Source: an uncultured Opitutaceae bacterium (GTDB lineage Bacteria > Verrucomicrobiota > Verrucomicrobiia > Opitutales > Opitutaceae). Taken from it: a stretch of 64,000 nt of DNA. The notes under the pieces are model-generated. The model saw only the letters and a program-made list of their open reading frames with translations. It had not been told where the DNA came from and searched no databases. The translations under genes and the position numbers were made by a program. Below are positions 51,958 through 59,400 of the stretch, one piece after another. The stretch lies in contig CAZNNO010000009.1 of assembly GCA_964574435.1 (NCBI GenBank), forward strand, positions 3,828 through 67,827, in the 5' to 3' direction. Within the stretch, counting starts at the first letter, position 1. Each line of letters opens with the position of its first letter.

Positions 51958-52989
51958 ATGTCCGCACCCGCAACACCCCTCGCCGCGGCCACCGACCCCG
52001 GCTCCCTCGGCGTCTTTCAGGTCAAGCGGCTCTGGTCGCGCCACATGGCCGCGCGCCAGGCCCGCGCAGCCGGCGCTCCCGGCGAATCGTACCGCGACAT
52101 GCTGGTGATCCACGCGCTGGGCCTCGGTCTCGAGCCGACCCTGCAATTTCTGTACCGCAAGGGCCCTTCGTTCGAGGAATTTGAGCGTTGGATTGTGGCC
52201 ACGGCGGGGGCGCCCGATCCCGTGCAGGCGGCCCGCATCAATGCTGCAATCGCCGGGACCGAGGCTCCGGAGGAGTCCCGCCGTCTCCAGGCGGCCGTCG
52301 ACTCGGCGCCGCCGGTGCTTTCGCCTGCCGATATGGCATTCTGGGAGGAGCACGGCTACGTCATCGTGCACGACGCCGTTACGGCAGAAATGTGCGCAGC
52401 GACCGAACGGGTGATCTGGGAGCATCTGGGCATGCGGCCGGACGAACCCGGCACCTGGTACTCGGAACGCACCCAAGGAATCATGGTGCAGCTTTTCCGG
52501 CACGCCGCCCTGGACGCGAACCGGCGGTCGCCGCGCATCCACAAGGCCTTTGCGCAGCTCTGGGGAACATCGGACCTCTGGGTCACAACGGACCGCGTGG
52601 GCTTCAACCCGCCGGAGCGGCCCGGATGGAAATTCCCTGGGCCTGACCTGCATTGGGACGTCAGCCTGTATCCGCCGATGCCCTTCGGCACGCAGGGGAT
52701 CCTCTATCTGACCGACACGCCGGCGGAGCAGGGGGCCTTCACCTGCGTGCCGGGATTTCACCGGCGGCTCGCCGCCTGGCTTCAAAGTTTGCCGCCGGGA
52801 ACCGACCCTCGCAGGGAGGACATTCACGCCTTGGGTTCAAAGCCCATCGCCGGTCGCGCTGGCGACCTCATAATCTGGCACCAGGGCCTTCCCCATGGGA
52901 GCCGCCCCAACCGGGGAACCCGCCCACGATTGGTCCACTACATCAATATGTATACGGCGCACCTCGAGGAACAGCCCACGTGGCGCTGA
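51958..52989 (+). CDS. Phytanoyl-CoA dioxygenase (PhyH) family Fe/2-oxoglutarate oxygenase
   Basis: The internal ATG at 51958 gives MSAPATPL. FWEEHGYVIVHDAV, LHWDVS (HxD), ILYLTD and GDLIIWHQGLPHGSRPN are PhyH-type motifs. The upstream part of ORF 51475..52989 overlaps minus-strand genes and is rejected. Confidence 0.8.
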   Translation: MSAPATPLAAATDPGSLGVFQVKRLWSRHMAARQARAAGAPGESYRDMLVIHALGLGLEPTLQFLYRKGPSFEEFERWIVATAGAPDPVQAARINAAIAGTEAPEESRRLQAAVDSAPPVLSPADMAFWEEHGYVIVHDAVTAEMCAATERVIWEHLGMRPDEPGTWYSERTQGIMVQLFRHAALDANRRSPRIHKAFAQLWGTSDLWVTTDRVGFNPPERPGWKFPGPDLHWDVSLYPPMPFGTQGILYLTDTPAEQGAFTCVPGFHRRLAAWLQSLPPGTDPRREDIHALGSKPIAGRAGDLIIWHQGLPHGSRPNRGTRPRLVHYINMYTAHLEEQPTWR

Positions 52990-53478
52990 GATTCCGGGCA
53001 ATACTGCAAAGGATTGGCTTTGCCGATTCCTCTGAAGGCGAAGTTGCCAGGCGCTGCATCCCATGGATCGAGGCGTCGCAAAATTTGGAAAAGTGTAAAC
53101 GTACAACCAATTTTGTCGGCATTTCTTACGATTTTTGGGTTGTGACTCTTGCCGCTCGAAAGGCAGTTCAAGATGATTGATCTGGTAATGAGCGCTGTAG
53201 AATGGCTTATATTGGAATGCCGATTGATAGCTGAATCCAAAAACTTGCGGCACAATTAATGCTTTGTTTTTGCTGCCGTTTCATGCCGTGTTGGGTCCAA
53301 CTTAAACCTGCTGAAGTAGGCAATTTCCCGTAGTGTATCAGTTTGGGGTGCGGGAGATGCCCCAAATCCCCAACGGGAGGGCCGTTAAGTGCGAGGGGCA
53401 CTTCCAGGCCGTTTTTGCCATCCCGCTTATCCATCGTCGTTGACCCGAAGGGGGTCGAAGGCGGACCCTAGCAAGCGT

Positions 53479-54360
53479 ATGACCATTGTACTTGGTTTCG
53501 CATGCAAGGATACCCTGATTTTCGCCAGCGACAGCCAGATGGGCCTAATCGGGGACACGTTTAAACGGTGGGATGAACCCAAACTTAGCTCCGTCCAGTT
53601 CAAGAATCATGTGCATGCAATGGTTGGGATTTCGGGGGTTTTGGATTCAGCCAATTACTTTCAAGACATTTTCGAACGGAGAGCTTTGAATGCTGTCGTT
53701 GAGAGCTCTCAGGATATCGCAAACGTCGCAGAGGAATCCTTCAGGGAAACGCGGATCAAGTTTCTAGAGTACGTCGATGACGGGGTAATGACCCTAGAGG
53801 CCAAGCAAAGGCATTTAGACAGCCTTCATTTTGCGGTCCTACTGGGATGCTATTGGCAAGATAAGCCGCACCTATTCGTGGGGGATTTTTATCACGGCAG
53901 GCTAAAGCGAAGCCGTCGCCCTTTTGAGGCCATCGGATGCGGCCACAATATCGCAAGTTTTGTCTTAGCTGGATGCGACCTACCCTCGCTTAATTTTAGC
54001 GATGGCTTGGGCGTGGCTGTTTATGCGGTAGAAAAATGCAAGAAATTCGACGACGCATGCGGCGGCCCAGTTCAGCACTTGATCGTGAACGATGGATGGA
54101 ATGGCTACCCGTTTTCATTTCCACCATGGATTCTGGACGTTTACGCTAGGGCCACGGAAGCTCTCGATAAGAAAATGCCTCAAATGCTGATCTCAGTAAT
54201 TTCTGAGGAGATTAAAAAGGTGGCTGATCAAGTGAGCCGAGAAGTAGCGGAACGATCTAAATTCACGCCGCCTTCTCCTGACTCATGGAATCCATCATCC
54301 GAACCACGTCCGTCATCTCCCAAACCTGATCCGCAACACCCGCCTGCATCGCCGGGGTGA
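53479..54360 (+). CDS. Orphan HslV/proteasome beta-subunit-like Ntn hydrolase; 3' end runs into an IS element
   Basis: The internal ATG at 53479 gives M-TIVLGFACKDTLIFASDSQMGLIGDTFKRWDEPKL (Thr directly after Met; Asp17 and Lys33-34 equivalents), GISGVLDSANYFQDIFERR (equivalent to GGTADAFTLFELFERK in HslV) and EAIGCGHNIASFVLAG (GSG-loop equivalent). The last ~33 codons (54263-54360) are antisense to the transposase gene and Pro/Ser-rich. Confidence 0.65.
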   Translation: MTIVLGFACKDTLIFASDSQMGLIGDTFKRWDEPKLSSVQFKNHVHAMVGISGVLDSANYFQDIFERRALNAVVESSQDIANVAEESFRETRIKFLEYVDDGVMTLEAKQRHLDSLHFAVLLGCYWQDKPHLFVGDFYHGRLKRSRRPFEAIGCGHNIASFVLAGCDLPSLNFSDGLGVAVYAVEKCKKFDDACGGPVQHLIVNDGWNGYPFSFPPWILDVYARATEALDKKMPQMLISVISEEIKKVADQVSREVAERSKFTPPSPDSWNPSSEPRPSSPKPDPQHPPASPG

Positions 54361-55145
54361 CCCGAAGCGTCGTATGAATCCTGCAAAAATTGTAATGCAT
54401 GAAGTAGAGTGCCAAGGCATGTCCATGGTTCTCGACCTTCTTGGAGAATCCGTTTGTAAGGCGGGTGAACCGGCGCATTCCCATACGCATCGTCAGGTTT
54501 TGACGCTCCACATAGCTTGTGGAAATCCCGCCCGACTGGGGCTTGCCGGTGACAACCGAAACCTTGGTGCCCGTGCATTTCGGGGGGCTGGAACGTCCTC
54601 CTCTGGAACCGTCCTCGAAGATTTTGACGAGTTGGGCGTAGTCAACGTCGCCAGCAAACGCGCTCTCGACGGCGACCAAGTAGGGCTTGTGGGCGTCTGT
54701 GGTAAGCTGGACGCGGTGGGTGAGGCGGGAAGCCAAGTCGTGCATGAACTCAACCGCAGCGCCCGTGTTCCTGTTGCCGACCAGCCAGCACGGGATCAGC
54801 TTCGTTTCGGCGTCAATGGCCGTCCAAGTCCAAACGTCGCCGTAGCCGAACTGCCCTCGCTTGTCCTCGGGCACGTTCTTCTCTTTCGCGTAGCAGAAAG
54901 ACCAAATTTCGTCGCACTCAATCCGCTTGCAGGTGAGGTTGCGGAACGCCCCGTCTTGGTACTCCGAGCACGCTTGCCCGGCTTCAATCTGGAGCTTGAC
55001 GACCGTGTTGATGGCGACTCCGCAAAGGCGAGCAGTTGCCCGAATGCTGACCCCTTCAACGAGGCAAGAAAGGATGCGGGCTCGGTTTTCGATGGGCAGT
55101 TGGTTCATGCCTTTCACGATACGAAATATCGTTTAGCGGTCAAGC
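54245..55145 (-). mobile_element. IS1-family insertion sequence (boundaries approximate)
   Basis: A single transposase ORF in a lower-GC context. Only an imperfect candidate terminal inverted repeat was seen by eye (around 54245-54265 and 55118-55140, sharing an AACGAT core). No target-site duplication was verified. Confidence 0.45.
54263..55108 (-). CDS. IS1-family DDE transposase
   Basis: MNQLPIENRARILSCLVEGVSIRATARLCGV (HTH), CDEIWSF, WTWTAIDAETKL, TDAHKPY and YVERQNLTMRMGMRRFTRLTNGFSKKVENH..ALALYFMHYNFCRIHTTL. ATG at 55108; GTG at 55117 is an alternative. Confidence 0.85.
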   Translation of the reverse strand: MNQLPIENRARILSCLVEGVSIRATARLCGVAINTVVKLQIEAGQACSEYQDGAFRNLTCKRIECDEIWSFCYAKEKNVPEDKRGQFGYGDVWTWTAIDAETKLIPCWLVGNRNTGAAVEFMHDLASRLTHRVQLTTDAHKPYLVAVESAFAGDVDYAQLVKIFEDGSRGGRSSPPKCTGTKVSVVTGKPQSGGISTSYVERQNLTMRMGMRRFTRLTNGFSKKVENHGHALALYFMHYNFCRIHTTLRVTPAMQAGVADQVWEMTDVVRMMDSMSQEKAA

Positions 55146-55207
55146 ATTTTATATCATCAAAAACATGAAACAAATACTAGCAAAAGAACGAGTTACAAAA
55201 CTATCAC

Positions 55208-55426
55208 CTACCAATGGCTCAACACGTCGCGAATTAAAGCGGCCTCTTGCGGATTCGAGGATCCAATTTCGGATAGCTTCTTTGAAATTAGCCGTCGCCG
55301 GGCTGCGGAAAACATCGGCTGAACTTCGCTCAAATCTTGAGAATTTAGTGAGAGCTTTTTCGCTACCTCTGACAGGGCCTCTAGGAGCGCCTCGTCCCCA
55401 ATCTGGATTAGATAGCGATAAGCCAT
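55208..55426 (-). CDS. Small hypothetical helical protein (possibly the remnant of a 110-codon gene interrupted by an in-frame TAG)
   Basis: ORF MAYRYLIQIGDEALLEALSEV... An ATG at 55540 in the same frame overlaps the upstream stop (ATGA), but that reading frame hits TAG at codon 16. Confidence 0.25.
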   Translation of the reverse strand: MAYRYLIQIGDEALLEALSEVAKKLSLNSQDLSEVQPMFSAARRRLISKKLSEIGSSNPQEAALIRDVLSHW

Positions 55427-55536
55427 TACGGCCGGGACAAGATCAGAGACGAGTTTTGTCTGCGCTTGCAGATCGAAAATAAGTTTTTCGACCTATTCTT
55501 GGAGGCCCTCCAAGTCCTCCTCAAATTCATTGGCTT

Positions 55537-55761
55537 TCATGACTTCGCACCCCACCGCGCCTCCGCGCCCTTCTTGGCTATCGCAGCTCTTTGCTCAGGC
55601 GTCAGGGACGCGGCGCGGGCCGGTCCTCCGACACGTCCGCCTCGCCTTCCGAGGGCCACGGCGGCGCGGTTCTTGGGCTTCACTGAGGGGACTGGCGAGA
55701 ACTCGCCGTGCGTTGCCTGCGCGACAACTCGTGCTGCGATCTGGTTCATGTCCGGTTTCAT
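55537..55761 (-). CDS. Small basic protein with GRRGG...LTPEQRAAIAKKGAEARW motif (phage/plasmid-type hypothetical)
   Basis: 74-aa ORF in the lower-GC islet. The C-terminal motif recurs in small mobile-element-associated proteins (from memory, not searched). Confidence 0.4.
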   Translation of the reverse strand: MKPDMNQIAARVVAQATHGEFSPVPSVKPKNRAAVALGRRGGRVGGPARAASLTPEQRAAIAKKGAEARWGAKS

Positions 55762-55838
55762 GCCCTCAACTTACCCACGGTTGACCGCTCAAGCAATCCC
55801 GATTCCAAAATGATACATTACCCAATTTCCATAAGACT

Positions 55839-56354
55839 ATGAAATCCATCCGTTCTGCGCTAATCTGTGCCGTGATCGTCGGCATGGGGGTTGAAGCTCG
55901 TGCCGACCAGTCCTACGAATGGACCGGGGGCGCAGCGGATTTCGGCGGCTTAATCGTGCTGGATTCGTCCTCAAATGCAGCGGGTTCCCTGACCGACATT
56001 GTCGCGGCCGGAATATTCACTCCGCAGGGCGGCTTCTCTTTCGATCCGTCGTCGGCCATTTTGCTTCAGCCCGACTTTGCATGGAATCCATCGCAGATCA
56101 CCGACATGTTCATTGCTTGGAGCGTCGGTCCCTCCTTGGCGGGGTTTGGGGAAAACGTCGTTGAGCTGTCGGGGGCGAACCTAGTGATAAGCGAGATAGA
56201 CGGTGCGGACGGAGCCATGTCGGCGGATCTCACTGGGTCTTGGCAGGCGGTACCCGGGGCGCAGGTTCCCGATGCGGCGCCAACAGCGCTGTTGGTTGGA
56301 CTCGGCTTGCTCGGCATTGCCCTGGCGAGCCGGAAAAGATTTGCGGCCGTATAG
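55839..56354 (+). CDS. PEP-CTERM sorting-domain protein
   Basis: Signal peptide MKSIRSALICAVIVGMGVEARA. C-terminal VPDAAPTALLVGLGLLGIALASRKR. Confidence 0.75.
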   Translation: MKSIRSALICAVIVGMGVEARADQSYEWTGGAADFGGLIVLDSSSNAAGSLTDIVAAGIFTPQGGFSFDPSSAILLQPDFAWNPSQITDMFIAWSVGPSLAGFGENVVELSGANLVISEIDGADGAMSADLTGSWQAVPGAQVPDAAPTALLVGLGLLGIALASRKRFAAV

Positions 56355-56650
56355 GCAGGCGGGGAAGCGGCCTTTTTAGCGAGGCGCGAGACCGCGGACC
56401 GGGGCCTGCTTGGCGGTTGCGCCGGAAGGGGTTGGCACGGCACCATCCTGTCACGAATTTGGGTAAGGCGGGAATGTGCGCCAATATGCCATGATAGCCG
56501 TGGCTTTTTTGACTCGAGGCACCCCAACTCAGGGGCTGCCACTCACACCAACACAGCTCTGGCTCCAAGGAGCGGCAGCACGCAGTCTGGATCGATTCCC
56601 AAGGGCGGCAACCGCGCGTTCCGCGGTGTGCCCGTGAGCGCAAGGCGACG

Positions 56651-59389
56651 CTACTGCTTGTCCGAATCTCGCCCTTGGGCGCTGTCCTCCAGACACCTTA
56701 TTGCCAACGCCGACCAGCCTGTCTGATGGCTCGCGCCGACACCCCGACCGGTGTCGCCATGAAAATATTCGTAGAACAGCATCAGGTTTCGGAAATGGGG
56801 GTCGCTGGCATAAAGCTCGCAGTCGCCGTGAACGGGCCGCCGGCCGCTCCCGTCGGCTAGGAAGATCGAGCCGAGGCGCCTCTGGAGTTCGAGAGCTGCG
56901 TCCCCGAGCGTCACCATTCTGCCAGAGCCCGCCGGCATCTCGACCACGAGCCCGTCCCCGTAGTAGCTGTGATAGCGCTCGAGAGCCTCCACCAGCAGGT
57001 AGTTGACGGGAAACCAGACCGGTCCGCGCCAGTTAGAGTTGCCGCCAAAAAGGTAGCTGTTGCCCTCCGCCGGCGTATAATCGAGCCGCAGCTCGCGGCC
57101 GTCGGCGGCAAACGTGAACGGATGCTTCTCGTGATGCTTGGACACGCCCCGGATTCCATGCGGCGAGAAGAACTCGGTTTCGTCGAGCATGTACCGGAGC
57201 ACCCGGACCAGGCGCTCGCGCGAGGGGATGGCGAGGAGCGCCCTGCGGTGTCCCAATTCGCAGTCGGCCTCAGCGTTCGAGATGTGCCGGGATAGCTCGG
57301 GACGGTGGCGCAGGAACCACTCGTAGCGCTTCCGGAATCCAGGGAGCGCGTCGATCTGGTCGCGATCCAGCACCTCGACGGCGATGAGCGGCAGGAGACC
57401 CACGAGCGAGCGCGTCCTGAGCGGCATCGTGTGGCTGCCGAAATCAATTTGGTCGTAGTAGAACCCATCCTGCTCGTCCCAGAGGCCCGTGCCCCCGGCG
57501 CTGTTCATGGCGTCGGTGATCTGCACGAAATGCTCGAAGAACTTTGAGGCCATGTCCTCGTAGGCGGTGTTGACAGTGCCATCCGAATTGCGGGCGAGCT
57601 CCAGGGCCATCGAGAGCATAGTGTTGGCATAGAAGGCCATCCAGGCCGTGCCGTCGGCCTGGCGGAGGTGGCCGCCCCCCGGGATGGGCTGGCCCCTGTC
57701 GAAGACGCCGATGTTGTCGAGGCCGAGGAAGCCGCCGGAGAACAGGTTCTTGCCCTCCGAGTCCTTGCGATTGACCCACCAGGTGAAGTTCAGGAGCAGC
57801 TTCTGGAATACGCTCTCAAGGAACGCCCGGTCGCGCTCGCCCCGGCGGCCGGAGATTTTGTAGACCCTCCACGCAGCCCAGGCGTGAACGGGCGGGTTGA
57901 CGTCTCCGAACGCAAACTCGTACGCGGGGATTTGGCCGTTCGGGTGCATGTACCATTCCCTAAGGAAGAGCAGCAGCTGGCCCTTGGCGAATTCGGGATC
58001 GATCCGGGCGAACGGGATCATGTGGAACGCGAGATCCCAGGCCGCGAACCAGGGGTACTCCCACTTGTCTGGCATCGAGATGATGTCGCGGCTGTGGTGG
58101 TGGCGCCATTCGCTGTTGCGGCCGTTCGTCCGCGAGCGGGGCGGCTGCAACGTGGAGGGGTCGCCCTCGAGCCAGTGATCGACGACATAGTAATAGAACT
58201 GCTTCGACCAGAGCAGGCCCGCATATCCCTGCCGGATCACGTTGCTCTCGTCGGGCGTCGACCCGGCCGGGACGATGCGAGCGTAGAACTCGTCGGCCTC
58301 GCGCTCCGCACGTTTCATCTCCCGATCGAAGGCGCGCCCGAACGCCACGGGCTGCTCCCCGCGCGCGTAGAGCTGAAATTCGATTGTCTGCTCCCCTCCC
58401 GCCGGGATTTCGAGGGCGTAGTCAAGCGCGGCCTTGGTGCCTGTATGGGCGGGATTCACCGCGGCACGCTCCCCCTTGACGACGAAGCGGTGGAAGGCGT
58501 CCTTGACGTAGGGGGACGGGTTTGGCGCTCCCCACAGGCGCTCGGAATTGGTCTCGTTCTCCGTGAAAAGCGGGACGGGTACTGTGCCGCCGGACGACGG
58601 GGCGTAGGCGATGTTGAAGGATCCCAGCGTCTCGTGGTCGGCGGTTAGCGTGAGATCGCCGGCAAGCGAGAGGATGGGCTTCTTGGCCACGCCCTCAAGC
58701 GTGCAGCCCCAGGTCCACATGTTGCGGAACCACGCCTGCGGAAGGACATGGATGGAGGCCGCGGAGGGACCACGATTGGCGACCCTGATTCGGACAAGCA
58801 TGCGGTCGGCTCCCGCCTTCGCATAGTCGGCAAACACGTCGAAATAGCGGCCTCCGTCGAACACACCGGTGTCGGACACCTCGTATTCCAGGCCGCCGAT
58901 GCCCCTGCGGCGGTTCTCCTCGAGAAGCTTTGCGTAGGGATACTCCGCCTGCGGGTACTTGTAGAGCGCCCGCATCCACGAATGGGTCGGGGTGGAGTCG
59001 AGGTAGTAGTAGAGTTCCTTCACGTCCTCGCCGTGGTTTCCCTCGGGTCCGGTAAGCCCGAAGAGGCGCTCCTTGAGGATTGGGTCGCGTCCATTCCAGA
59101 GGGCTAGTCCGAAGCACAGGCGGCATTCGCGGTCGGTGAAGCCCAGCAGGCCGTCCTCGCCCCAGCGGTAGGCACGGCTTCGGGCGTGGTCGTGCGGGAA
59201 ATAGTCCCAGCAGGTGCCGTCGGGCGAATAGTCCTCGCGAACCGTGGCCCACTGGCGCTCAGAGAGGTAGGGGCCCCAGCGCTTCCAGTTCTTGGCCCGC
59301 GCACGGTCCTCGGCCAGGCGCTGGCCCTCGGCGGTGGCTACGGGGCGTTGGATGGGAGGATTGCCTGCGGATGGGGTTGATTGGGGCAC
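56651..59389 (-). CDS. GH63-like (MGH1/glucosidase-type) glycoside hydrolase
   Basis: The GTG at 59389 lies 11 nt downstream of the preceding gene. NWKRWGPYLSERQWATVREDYS..WDYFPHDHARSRAYRWGEDGL..FGLTGPEGNHGEDVKE and the C-terminal (alpha/alpha)6 motifs WEYPWFAAWD and GASHQTGW fit the family. The extension to 59674 overlaps the upstream gene and is rejected. Confidence 0.8.
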   Translation of the reverse strand: MPQSTPSAGNPPIQRPVATAEGQRLAEDRARAKNWKRWGPYLSERQWATVREDYSPDGTCWDYFPHDHARSRAYRWGEDGLLGFTDRECRLCFGLALWNGRDPILKERLFGLTGPEGNHGEDVKELYYYLDSTPTHSWMRALYKYPQAEYPYAKLLEENRRRGIGGLEYEVSDTGVFDGGRYFDVFADYAKAGADRMLVRIRVANRGPSAASIHVLPQAWFRNMWTWGCTLEGVAKKPILSLAGDLTLTADHETLGSFNIAYAPSSGGTVPVPLFTENETNSERLWGAPNPSPYVKDAFHRFVVKGERAAVNPAHTGTKAALDYALEIPAGGEQTIEFQLYARGEQPVAFGRAFDREMKRAEREADEFYARIVPAGSTPDESNVIRQGYAGLLWSKQFYYYVVDHWLEGDPSTLQPPRSRTNGRNSEWRHHHSRDIISMPDKWEYPWFAAWDLAFHMIPFARIDPEFAKGQLLLFLREWYMHPNGQIPAYEFAFGDVNPPVHAWAAWRVYKISGRRGERDRAFLESVFQKLLLNFTWWVNRKDSEGKNLFSGGFLGLDNIGVFDRGQPIPGGGHLRQADGTAWMAFYANTMLSMALELARNSDGTVNTAYEDMASKFFEHFVQITDAMNSAGGTGLWDEQDGFYYDQIDFGSHTMPLRTRSLVGLLPLIAVEVLDRDQIDALPGFRKRYEWFLRHRPELSRHISNAEADCELGHRRALLAIPSRERLVRVLRYMLDETEFFSPHGIRGVSKHHEKHPFTFAADGRELRLDYTPAEGNSYLFGGNSNWRGPVWFPVNYLLVEALERYHSYYGDGLVVEMPAGSGRMVTLGDAALELQRRLGSIFLADGSGRRPVHGDCELYASDPHFRNLMLFYEYFHGDTGRGVGASHQTGWSALAIRCLEDSAQGRDSDKQ

Positions 59390-59400
59390 GGGTTTGGGTG

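Noticed and set aside
54245-55145. Precise terminal inverted repeats and target-site duplication of the IS element
   Set aside because: Only a short imperfect match (AACGAT core) could be seen by eye at the two flanks. This is not enough to define the ends, so the boundaries are given as approximate.
56589-56599. T-loop-like string ggatcgattcc suggesting a tRNA
   Set aside because: The flanking bases do not form a T-arm stem and no acceptor or anticodon arms could be built around it. No tRNA is called anywhere in the window.
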